A stretch of DNA of 63,645 bases, filler included. It is 9 parts of 9 records of this genome, joined end to end, with 100 filler letters (N's around TTAATTAATTAA, not from the genome) between each part and the next. Parts side by side here need not be neighbours in the genome. Positions count along the whole stretch, not along the records: positions 52,263 to 58,434 come from SRR31147125_29002; positions 58,535 to 63,645 come from SRR31147125_29030; 7 more parts are not named here. The stretch is one strand, 5' to 3'. Under the pieces are notes generated by a model, which saw only the letters and a program-made list of their open reading frames with translations, had not been told where the DNA came from and did no database searches. Below, piece by piece: positions 54,920 through 63,645 of the stretch (the stretch's first letter is position 1; the number at the start of each line of letters is the position of its first letter). Position numbers and translations under genes: made by a program.

Positions 54920-57283
54920 TTAATCTTTAATACAATTAACTGAATGATAATAGTTTCTAAAACCAGAACCATAAGGGCCAAACACATACGAAACCGATGG
55001 GGAGGCATAGTTATTTCCGTAATTTTTTAGATAAACTGTATTGATAACATTATTTCCATCTGTAGTATAATGGGAAGAAATACCATAGTTTGTAGAACCA
55101 CCAATTATATAAAATCCTTCATCGCCTGTCCATTGCACAACACCATACGCATCTAAATCTAATTTGGAAACATCTGATCTAATATTTTCCCAGTCTTGTT
55201 TGCTAGGTATTGCCCATCCCGTTGGACACATTATAGAGCTTAACCTAGCATCATCAGAAATTTCAGGGTCAACTGAAGGTGATGGACTGCCTAATACATT
55301 CCATATTACATAAAAGTATTTAGCTGAATAAACATAATCGCCTATACCACTAAATGATCCACTAATATTTTCTTTTAACCAACATGAAGCTTCTTTTCCT
55401 GTGGGTTCAATAAGCACTTGATGATATGTATAACCATTATGAGAAATTGTACCTCCACATTCAACAATTGGTCCAACCCAAGTAGTCTGTACTGGAGTAC
55501 CTGTTGGATTTCCTGTTGCTGCTTTAGGAGTCATGGTCAATCGTAAATACTTTCCTGCATCAGCTGCACGGATATAATAACTAGAAGAAGTGCTTACGCT
55601 GGTTGCTCCTGATCCCAAATCATCGGTTGCCAATTCCCAATTATAAATATGAGTTCCTTCTGCATCATTTTCATTGTCGCTATATGTATAGCTTGCAGTA
55701 ACAGTTGATGTCGTAAATAATGACGAAGGAATAGCTAGGTCTGTAATTTCAGGTGGCTGGTTTGCCAAAATTGGTCCAACATAATCAGCTAAAACCTCAG
55801 TTCCAGGGCTTGCACCTGAGGTAGCAACAGGTTTTATGCCAACAGAAATATAGTTTCCTACATCACTCGCCTGAAGCGTATAACTTGAAGCAGTCTCCCC
55901 TGATATAGAGGCTCGTCCAGTACCGCTGGCATCTGTTGCAGTATACCATTGATAAAGATGAGTTCCTTCAGGATCACTGTCCGCATCACTATAGCCTGAA
56001 TAACTTGCAGTGAGTGAATACCCTTCTTGCAAAGTACTTCCATTTACAGTAGCCGACACCAATGTTGGAGGAATATTGTCTAAAACAGGGCCTTTAAATG
56101 ATGAAATAACTTCAACGCCAGGAGATGTACCTGTTGATGCAGCAGGAGTAACTGCATAAGCGATATATTTGCCTACATCATCAGCAACCAAAGTATAGGC
56201 TGAAGAAGTTGCTCCGCTAATTGCGCTACTATTTGTTCCACTTGAGTCATCGGCGCGATACCATTTTAAAGTAGTACCGCTCTCCAAATCATTCTCAGTA
56301 TCCGAATATGAATAGCTACCCGTTAGTTCTTCGTAGTTTTTTAATGTTCCTGAAAAATCAACATTTGAAGCAACAGGTGCGTCATTGCCCAGTACAGGTC
56401 CAACATAATTGGCAAAAGCTTCAAGCCCAGGCGAAGTCCCAGTTGCTGCCCTCGGCGTTACGCCATAAGTAATGTATTTACCAACATCGCTTCCTGTCAT
56501 CGTGTATGAACTGGAAGTTTCTTCCAAAATAGCTACTCGATTTGTTCCTGAATTATCATCAGCCCTGTACCATTGAAAACTTGTTCCACTTTCTGAATCG
56601 TTTTCAACATCACTGTAAGAATATGAACCAGTAAGGTCGTACCCTTCTTTCAAACTACTTACAATTGTAATGCTTACTGAATTTGCCAGTGGCGGGTAAT
56701 TACATGTGATTGTTTGCCATGAACTTCCATTGTAGAACTTAATGGATTTTATCGTTGAATTAATATAAACCGCACCTGTACTTAAACCTGAGGGGGATGG
56801 ATCATTAGCCAATACAGGTAACTGAATATTCTTTATTCTTGATGAAAATCCTGATTGCGAGTTAAAACTCCCGGCACTTAAATCCGGCACATCAAGCCAG
56901 GAACTTCCGTCATATACTTTTACCGATCTGGAAGAACTGTTTAAATAGACACTACCTGCTACAATGCTACTTGAAACTGAACTTTGCAGAGGTAAATAAG
57001 GTATTTTGTTCTTCACCTGAAAATTGCTCGTTCCTGAGATAATTGCAGAATTGCTACATAAATCAATCCAGCTATCTCCTACATAAATCATCGGAGATAG
57101 ATCGACCGTTGAGTAAATAAACATTCCTGTTTCGGGACTTGGTATTGCTGAAGTATTTGAAAATACTGGCAAATGTGGTACTCCATCTAAAACCCGAAAC
57201 TCATCCGTTTGAGCATTTACATTAAATATATACAGCCACAACAAACAAGCAACTATAATTTTATGTATGTGGTTTTTCTTCAT
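54920..57283 (-). CDS. Secreted multidomain adhesin-like protein: 3 fibre-type repeats + 4 Ig-like repeats + FISUMP-like domain
   Basis: Signal peptide; 3x LP...G..Y.....Y.G.SW; 4 repeats of about 100 aa (Y.YSD...D.E.GT..QWY...YT....DVG.YI...P); C-terminus CG...Y..V....CW..EN...CPTGW.IPS..DW...SVNCIKD. Confidence 0.8.
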   Translation of the reverse strand: MKKNHIHKIIVACLLWLYIFNVNAQTDEFRVLDGVPHLPVFSNTSAIPSPETGMFIYSTVDLSPMIYVGDSWIDLCSNSAIISGTSNFQVKNKIPYLPLQSSVSSSIVAGSVYLNSSSRSVKVYDGSSWLDVPDLSAGSFNSQSGFSSRIKNIQLPVLANDPSPSGLSTGAVYINSTIKSIKFYNGSSWQTITCNYPPLANSVSITIVSSLKEGYDLTGSYSYSDVENDSESGTSFQWYRADDNSGTNRVAILEETSSSYTMTGSDVGKYITYGVTPRAATGTSPGLEAFANYVGPVLGNDAPVASNVDFSGTLKNYEELTGSYSYSDTENDLESGTTLKWYRADDSSGTNSSAISGATSSAYTLVADDVGKYIAYAVTPAASTGTSPGVEVISSFKGPVLDNIPPTLVSATVNGSTLQEGYSLTASYSGYSDADSDPEGTHLYQWYTATDASGTGRASISGETASSYTLQASDVGNYISVGIKPVATSGASPGTEVLADYVGPILANQPPEITDLAIPSSLFTTSTVTASYTYSDNENDAEGTHIYNWELATDDLGSGATSVSTSSSYYIRAADAGKYLRLTMTPKAATGNPTGTPVQTTWVGPIVECGGTISHNGYTYHQVLIEPTGKEASCWLKENISGSFSGIGDYVYSAKYFYVIWNVLGSPSPSVDPEISDDARLSSIMCPTGWAIPSKQDWENIRSDVSKLDLDAYGVVQWTGDEGFYIIGGSTNYGISSHYTTDGNNVINTVYLKNYGNNYASPSVSYVFGPYGSGFRNYYHSVNCIKD

Positions 57284-57334
57284 ATTAAAACTCCTCTTGT
57301 CATTTTATCAACCATTAAAGATTAAGCAAGCGAA

Positions 57335-58434
57335 TTATTTAAGATTCAATTTTTCAAGAATTAGATCAATCTGCTTTTGCTGACTTTCTAATTGCCTTTG
57401 CTGTTCTTTTACAGCCTGAATCAAAATACCTGTCAACTGTGTATAATCTACTTGCAGGAAGCCATTCTCGCCTATTGTTACCAGCTCCGGATAAACCTTA
57501 TTAAGCTCTTGGGCAATTACCCCGATTTTAGTTCCAGCTGTATATTTTTCACCATCTTTATATTCAAAACTTACCCCACGAACCTGCTCTAGTTTTGTCA
57601 ATACATTCTGAAGAGTTTCGACATTCTTCTTCAATCGTTTATCTGACGGATTATAAAAATTTCCACTTACAGAAAGATCGCTATTAACTGTAGTTGTTCC
57701 AGAACTTGCACCAATTGAAGTTGTAGTAGAAGCACCTGCAATATTTACAACTGTTGCATTACTATTAACCAGATTAAATGTACCAGACGAGGTTGTGATA
57801 TCACCTCCATTCACTGCAATATCCCCTGATGCAGTTAGATTTGTCCCATTGTTTTTTAGAGTAGAAGATTCAACCCATACTGAACCGTTCCAATAAACGG
57901 TATTTCCGGTTGAAGTACCGTCAGCAATATCATCAAGCGATGAAAGATTTACATTATTTCCATCTTCAATTGAGAGAGTAGTCCCGCTTAACGATAATGA
58001 TTGATCATCAGTATTGTCTTTGTAAGAAGACAAATCAATTGTTGTTGCTGAAGCATTGTTTGTAATCTTCAAAGCATCTCCTAATAGACTTAAATCCTGT
58101 ATTTCATTCGTAGCTTCATCATCATTTAAACTAATGCTTCCTCCATCTTCCAAAGAAATAGTCGAACCTGTCTTACTTATCTGCTGGTCATCGCTATTTA
58201 TCCCTGAAAGATCAACTGTGTTGCCATCCTGTATCGAAAGTGAAGAACCAGATATGCTCAACGTTTGGTCATCGGTATCCGTAAATGTAGTTTTGTCTGC
58301 CCATATCAAATTGCCACTTCCATCAGTTGTCAGCATTTTATTGTTTTCCCCACTTGGTTTACTAACCTTATCACTTAACAGACCATCTGTTTCTGCCTTG
58401 GTGTAACTATCCCCTGCGCTACTTTTATCATCCA
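57335..58434 (-). CDS. Tail-fibre-like protein with C-terminal peptidase S74 intramolecular chaperone (5'-truncated)
   Basis: YTKAETD motif, DDQ.LS.SG..LSI.DGN.V.LS repeats, SDKRLKKN, GVIAQE...PELV, VDY and a terminal coiled coil. Confidence 0.9.
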
Positions 58435-58534
58435 NNNNNNNNNNNNNNNNNNNNNNNNNNNNNNNNNNNNNNNNNNNNTTAATTAATTAANNNNNNNNNN
58501 NNNNNNNNNNNNNNNNNNNNNNNNNNNNNNNNNN
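58435..58534. other. Artificial contig spacer
   Basis: N-run with TTAATTAATTAA. Confidence 0.99.
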
Positions 58535-59587
58535 AAAGCGGAAACAATAACACAGCTTGGTGACAAAGCTAGCGCAAAAAGAATTGCGAATAAATTAAAT
58601 ATACCAGTTATTCCAGGGGATATTACATTTTTCAGCGACGTTAAACAGGCAAAAGAAAGCGCGAAAAAGATAGGATATCCTGTGGTTATTAAAGCGATAA
58701 ATGGTGGAGGAGGCAAAGGCATAAGACATGTCTCATGCGAAAAGGATTTTGAAAAAGCTTTTAGCTTGTGCACAAAAGAAGTTGGGAATTTCCTTGGTAA
58801 TAATGCTATATATATTGAAAAATTCATAGAAGATGCTAAGCATATAGAGGTGCAAATATTAGGTGATTCTTACGGCAATGTATTAATACTTGGTGACAGG
58901 GATTGCAGTTATCAAAAAAAGAATCAAAAGTTAGTAGAAGAAGCTCCTGCAAATGCTTTGACAAGTTCATCTAGAAGTAAGATATATGAGTATTCCAAAA
59001 GGCTTGCTGAATATACACATTATGAAAATGCTGGAACAGTTGAATTCTTACTGGATAAAAAAGGAGATGTTTATTTTTTAGAGGTAAACACGAGATTACA
59101 GGTAGAACACCCTATAACAGAATTAGTTACAGGAATAGATATTGTAAAAGAGCAGATTAAAATTGCATACGGTGAAAGGATTGGTTATACACAAGAAGAT
59201 ATACGTACATGCGGACATTCCATCGAATGCAGAGTAAACGCAGTGATTAATCAAAAAGCTGGGGTATCGGGGCGAAAGAGGATATCAAATCTGCATATTC
59301 CTGGCGGCAGGGGTATTCGAGTAGATTCAAATATATATTCTGGTATGCATTACAGTTTTATGTATGACTCGAATATTGCAAAGCTTATAGCTCATGGTAA
59401 GGATAGGGACGAATGTATAAATATAATAAAAAGAGGTTTATGTGAGTTTGTTATTGATGGTGTTGACACAAATATTGATATATTGTTGTACTTAGTTAAT
59501 GATGATACATTTGAAAAGAATACATATAACACCAATTCATATAGTGAAATAATCGATAATCTGTATTTTAGGAGAAAAGCAAAATGA
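58535..59587 (+). CDS. accC: Biotin carboxylase (5'-truncated)
   Basis: GYPVVIKA..GGGGKG, HIEVQ, RDCS.Q, EVNTRLQVEHP and YDS.IAK motifs. Confidence 0.93.
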   Translation, partial: KAETITQLGDKASAKRIANKLNIPVIPGDITFFSDVKQAKESAKKIGYPVVIKAINGGGGKGIRHVSCEKDFEKAFSLCTKEVGNFLGNNAIYIEKFIEDAKHIEVQILGDSYGNVLILGDRDCSYQKKNQKLVEEAPANALTSSSRSKIYEYSKRLAEYTHYENAGTVEFLLDKKGDVYFLEVNTRLQVEHPITELVTGIDIVKEQIKIAYGERIGYTQEDIRTCGHSIECRVNAVINQKAGVSGRKRISNLHIPGGRGIRVDSNIYSGMHYSFMYDSNIAKLIAHGKDRDECINIIKRGLCEFVIDGVDTNIDILLYLVNDDTFEKNTYNTNSYSEIIDNLYFRRKAK

Positions 59588-61338
59588 GCAAATGGCTAGA
59601 TACAATTAAAAAGAGGAAAGAAACGTTGGATTATTGCAACAGACAGCTTGTGAGAGGCGTTAGTTCGGGGATTGAGCTATACGGCAGTAATTGCAAAAAT
59701 TGTAATAAAGAAATAAATCCGAAAGAATTTGTTCATAGAAACAGAGTTTGTTCCTGCGGATATCATTATAGATTGGGTGTAGATGATAGGATAAATATAA
59801 CTTTTGATGAGGACAGTGTAGAAATATTTGAAGATGATGTGTATGTTGAGAATTTGCTTGATTTTCCTGAGTACGCTGAGAAACTGGATAATTTGAGAAA
59901 GCATAAAGGCTTGGGCGAGGCAGTCGTAACAGGAAAAGGAAAAATTATAGATATCCCTGTTTATTTTGGTGTAATGGATACTAGGTTTATCATGGGTAGT
60001 ATGGGGGCAGCTGTTGGAGAAAAGCTGACAAGGATGATAGAACGTGCAACCAATGACAAAGCTCCGGTGATAATATTTGCAGCATCAGGTGGTGCTCGTA
60101 TGCAGGAGGGGATGATTTCATTATACCAAATGGCAAAGGTAGTAGGAGCTGTTAATAGGCATTCGGAGCAGAGACTATTGTATATATGTGTTATGACAGA
60201 TCCAACCACTGGTGGTGTAAATGCAAGCTTTGCTTCAATTGCAGATATAATAATTGCTGAGCCAAATGCAACTATAGGATTTGCAGGCAAAAGAGTAATA
60301 AAAAATGTAGAAGATAAAAAAAGCCAAGAAAATTTTCAAACTAGCGAGTTCCATTACATAAATGGACATATCGATATATTATGCGAAAGAAATAAACTTA
60401 GAAAGACTTTATTTGATGTTATTGATATATATTCAGGCTCAAAAAAACAATTGTCAGGAAAAATCATTCATAAGATAGCAACAGTTAATAATATAAAATT
60501 TAGTTTTGAAAACATAGATGCATGGGAAAGGGTAAAGCTTTCAAGGAGTTTAGAGCGGCTAAATTATGAAAAGTATAAGAATATAATATTTGAGAAGTTC
60601 GTGCAGTTGCACGGAGATAGGATATCAAAAGATGATAAGGCACTTGTCACAGGCATTGCACTGCTAAATGGCATTCCAGTAACCGGTGTTTTTTGCGCAA
60701 AGGGTAAGAATTTAACAGAAAATATTGAGAAAAATTTTGGTATGGCTTCGCCGGAAGGCTACCGCAAGGTTGAGAGAATAGTTAAGTTGTCAGAAAAGTT
60801 TGGATTGCCTATCGTCACATTTATAGATACACCTGGAGCGTTTTGCGGCGAAGAAGCAGAAAAAACAGGACAAAGCGCAGCTATTGCAAAATGCATCGCC
60901 TTGTTTTCTGATGTTACTGTTCCAATAATATCTGTAGTGACAGGCGAAGGAGGCAGTGGAGGGGCACTAGCACTGGGTGTAGCAAATTGGGTTATCATGT
61001 TAGAAAATGCTATCTACTCTGTTATATCGCCAGAAGGATGCAGCTCAATATTGTTTAAAAATAATGTTAATTCACAGAAGGTTAGTGAATATCTTAAGTT
61101 GTGTGCGAAAGATTTGATTCAAATGAATATAATAGATCAGATTGTGCCAGAGCCTAATGAATGGAGCCAAGAAAAGACTAAGACATATATAGAAAATATA
61201 AAGGATATTGTTTATAACAAGATAATAGAATTAAATGAGTCAAGTGGAGAGTACCTTAAAAACACAAGATATGATAGGTTTCGAAGCATTGGCGCAATTG
61301 AATATGGTGAGGAGGATATAACAAATCAAGTAGTATAA
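59584..61338 (+). CDS. accDA: Fused acetyl-CoA carboxyltransferase beta+alpha (AccD-AccA)
   Basis: Zinc finger CKNC...CSC; FIMGSMG, SGGARMQEG, PTTGGV; PEGYRK, DTPGA, GEGGSGGAL and ISPEG motifs. Confidence 0.93.
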   Translation: MSKWLDTIKKRKETLDYCNRQLVRGVSSGIELYGSNCKNCNKEINPKEFVHRNRVCSCGYHYRLGVDDRINITFDEDSVEIFEDDVYVENLLDFPEYAEKLDNLRKHKGLGEAVVTGKGKIIDIPVYFGVMDTRFIMGSMGAAVGEKLTRMIERATNDKAPVIIFAASGGARMQEGMISLYQMAKVVGAVNRHSEQRLLYICVMTDPTTGGVNASFASIADIIIAEPNATIGFAGKRVIKNVEDKKSQENFQTSEFHYINGHIDILCERNKLRKTLFDVIDIYSGSKKQLSGKIIHKIATVNNIKFSFENIDAWERVKLSRSLERLNYEKYKNIIFEKFVQLHGDRISKDDKALVTGIALLNGIPVTGVFCAKGKNLTENIEKNFGMASPEGYRKVERIVKLSEKFGLPIVTFIDTPGAFCGEEAEKTGQSAAIAKCIALFSDVTVPIISVVTGEGGSGGALALGVANWVIMLENAIYSVISPEGCSSILFKNNVNSQKVSEYLKLCAKDLIQMNIIDQIVPEPNEWSQEKTKTYIENIKDIVYNKIIELNESSGEYLKNTRYDRFRSIGAIEYGEEDITNQVV

Positions 61339-61478
61339 AATGCCCAAAAATATATTAGGTATAATTTACAATCTGTAACGATAAATAAATGTACCAGCTT
61401 ATGAGTGTTGCGGACATTTAAAATTTGCTATCTGGAATAGATAAAGTAATTATAAAATTTTTTATGAAGAGGTTTAGA

Positions 61479-62153
61479 ATGAAGAAATTATCTTATTTTT
61501 GTTGCTCGCTGTTTAGTGTATTTATTTACCAAGCAGCCATAGTTTTAGCTATGATTGTTGGAGGCGTTGTAGGATTAAGTGTGGATGAGTACGTCAATAG
61601 CAACGAAGTATCATTGGCTAACTTGGATGTAGTAGCACTTTTTAAAGGTGATGTTAGCGCTGCATCGCTTATCGGTATGCTTTTTGGCAGTTTAATTGCT
61701 ATTACAATTTTTAAAAAATGGATTAGTAATATAGTAAAGAAAGATACAGCGTTTGCTGGATTAAAGAGGCCTGCGAGCTTTTTTATGATTGCTATTGCAG
61801 TTGCTGGGCAGGCAATAATAAATACATTTAGCGATTCAAAACTATTAGACAGCTTTTCATTTATTTATGAATCATTTAAAGGATCAGGCGTTTCAATGAT
61901 TAGAGCAAATCAAATATTTCTTTCAGTTGTCCTAGCAGTATTAACAGCTGTGGCATTGCAGTTGTTATGCAGATGGATTGCTATTTATTATTTTAAAAAA
62001 ATTACAAACAACACTTTTGTTTTAATTATGGTACAGGCAGTATTGATTGCAGCGATTCAGTACAATTGGATGCAGGCATTTTTTACATTTGCTCTAGGAA
62101 TTATTTTAGGGATACTCTTTATTCAAGTTAAAGAAAATCCAGAAGCAGTTTAG
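61479..62153 (+). CDS. Membrane protein, degenerate CPBP/Abi (CAAX protease)-like
   Basis: Six to seven TM segments; QLLCRW and QAVLIAAIQYNWMQ...F.LG occur where EELLFRG and F...H are expected. Confidence 0.55.
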   Translation: MKKLSYFCCSLFSVFIYQAAIVLAMIVGGVVGLSVDEYVNSNEVSLANLDVVALFKGDVSAASLIGMLFGSLIAITIFKKWISNIVKKDTAFAGLKRPASFFMIAIAVAGQAIINTFSDSKLLDSFSFIYESFKGSGVSMIRANQIFLSVVLAVLTAVALQLLCRWIAIYYFKKITNNTFVLIMVQAVLIAAIQYNWMQAFFTFALGIILGILFIQVKENPEAV

Positions 62154-62185
62154 TTAGCATTTTTACGCTAATGATGGAGGAAACA

Positions 62186-63645
62186 ATGCTCAAGCAAGAA
62201 TATAACAACTCTAATGACAATAATCCATATTTATTGACGCCTATGCAAGAAGGTATGCTTTTTTATAGCATAGAAAGTAAGTCTGCAACTAAATATGTGA
62301 TGCAGAACATTTTTAATGTTACTGGTGTGATTAACAAAGAGAGTTTTGAAAATGCGATAAATTTGATGGCACAGAAACATGGGATATTGCGAACGAATTT
62401 AGTATATAAGGATATTCCTGAACCTATGCAGATTATACGTAATAATGTAAAAATTGAATTTGAAGTTATTGATATATCTAATTTAGTGAATGCAGAGAAG
62501 CATATTAAGCTGGAGACAATCGTAGAAGAAGATAGAGAGAGAGGATTTTATCTAGAGAATAGCTTGATGTTTAGAGCAAAATTGGTTGTTATAAACGATA
62601 GTAATGCTAAATTAATTTTCTGTTATCATCATATTATTTTAGATAGCTGGAGTATACCAATATTATGCGAAGATGTTGCAGCGTATTATTTAAAACTGCA
62701 AGAAGGAGCTGATTATGAAGATTTATATAATCAGATTATTAATGAAGAAAGAAAAAACAAAAAATTTAGTGATTATGTTGCTTGGCGCGGCGGACAAGAT
62801 AATAAAGAAGGATTAAAATATTGGGCTAATCTTTTATCGAACTATAATTCAGCAGCGGAGATTAGACGATTAAGTAAAGTGAATGTATCCGATAAACAGA
62901 TAGAGAAGTGTTCGCTTAGGATATGCGCCTCCGATAGAAGTAAGCTTGAGGATTTAGCTGAATATCAAAAAACACCTGTAAGTACAATATTAAAAGCAGC
63001 ATGGGCTGTGCTGCTTTCAAGATATAATTCCACAAAAGATGTTGTGTTTGGCAATGTTGTATCTGGAAGAGATATTGATTTGGATGGAGTTGAAAGAATT
63101 GCTGGAATTTTTATTGCTACGTATCCGCTCCGATGCAAGATGGATAGCGCACTAAATGTAAAAGAGTTATTTAAGCAACTGTATAAGCAAGAAGCTGCAA
63201 GCAATAAATATAATTATTGCTCTCTTGCACAAATTCAATCACTAACAACATTAAAAGGTAATTTATTAAAAAGCATCTTTGCTTTTGAAGGTGAAAAGAA
63301 TACCCGAGCATTTGGCGAAGATTCCAAAATATTGATAAAGGCAGAAACGGAGAATAGACAAACCAATTATCCAATAAGCGTTTCGGCCTACCATCAAAAT
63401 GATAATTTTGTTATTGACATTGTATACAAGCCGAGTGAATATAGCAAAAAATATATTGAGTTAATATTAGCACAATATGAAAATATATTAAATGAATTTA
63501 TTGGAAATGCTAATAAACTAATTAAAGATATCCGATGCGTTACTCAAAGCGAACAGCAGCTAATCCTAGGTAAGTTCAATGAAACTGAAAGAAAATACGA
63601 TAAGTCACTTACTATAATAGATTCGTTTGTACAGCAGGTAAAAAA
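62186..63645 (+). CDS. Non-ribosomal peptide synthetase, N-terminal condensation domain (3'-truncated)
   Basis: Manual translation: LTPMQEGMLF, HGILRT, HHIILDSWS, YW, DVVFGNVVSGR, GIFI.T.PLR, QTNYP, then A-domain lead-in FNET...FVQQV; SD GGAGG. Confidence 0.92.
   Translation, partial: MLKQEYNNSNDNNPYLLTPMQEGMLFYSIESKSATKYVMQNIFNVTGVINKESFENAINLMAQKHGILRTNLVYKDIPEPMQIIRNNVKIEFEVIDISNLVNAEKHIKLETIVEEDRERGFYLENSLMFRAKLVVINDSNAKLIFCYHHIILDSWSIPILCEDVAAYYLKLQEGADYEDLYNQIINEERKNKKFSDYVAWRGGQDNKEGLKYWANLLSNYNSAAEIRRLSKVNVSDKQIEKCSLRICASDRSKLEDLAEYQKTPVSTILKAAWAVLLSRYNSTKDVVFGNVVSGRDIDLDGVERIAGIFIATYPLRCKMDSALNVKELFKQLYKQEAASNKYNYCSLAQIQSLTTLKGNLLKSIFAFEGEKNTRAFGEDSKILIKAETENRQTNYPISVSAYHQNDNFVIDIVYKPSEYSKKYIELILAQYENILNEFIGNANKLIKDIRCVTQSEQQLILGKFNETERKYDKSLTIIDSFVQQVK

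Noticed and set aside
54920-55200. Diversity-generating retroelement variable repeat
   Set aside because: No template repeat or reverse transcriptase was found in the window.
57335-58434. Prophage tail gene
   Set aside because: Neighbours are signal-peptide proteins and T9SS components. No phage structural, lysis or integrase genes are on the contig.
11062-58534. Recurrent TTAATTAATTAA motif in N-runs, and ORFs running into X residues
   Set aside because: These are artificial spacers with stops in all six frames. Gene adjacency across them has no biological meaning.
77-63374. Numerous short antisense and overlapping ORFs in the six-frame track
   Set aside because: They are shadows of well-supported genes on the other strand or frame and lack motifs of their own.
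1-63645. CRISPR arrays, tRNA, rRNA, transposases, anti-phage defence genes
   Set aside because: No regularly spaced repeats or diagnostic motifs were recognised by eye.

Overview
This window is not one genome. It is a concatenation of nine unrelated contigs joined by 100-bp spacers (44 N + TTAATTAATTAA + 44 N). Taxonomic labels below are inferred from gene content and style only. Contigs 1 (1-11061) and 4 (25228-35301) look spirochaete-like and share a repeat, so may be one organism. Contigs 2, 3 and 7 look deltaproteobacterial (Desulfobacterota-like), contigs 5 and 9 clostridial, contig 6 FCB-group/KSB1-like, and contig 8 Bacteroidota. Many genes carry single-base frameshifts, mostly at homopolymer runs, which look like sequencing errors. 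Most content is ordinary: transporters, metabolic and repair enzymes, two-component genes and an SRP RNA. The most interesting signal is a candidate surface-fibre system. In contig 8 a tail-fibre-like protein with an S74 chaperone is followed by a triple-repeat/Ig/FISUMP-like protein, a CGHC redoxin, a small T9SS-tagged protein and porV. Unrelated contig 3 has a parallel pair: a similar small protein with a dockerin-like tail instead, next to a secreted fibre-like protein. Other leads are a MITE-like element, a leader peptide before a heterodimeric ABC exporter, divergent sigma-54 promoters, degenerate GDH, HutI, SEDS and CPBP homologues, and an ACC next to an NRPS. No CRISPR array, tRNA, rRNA or transposase was recognised.
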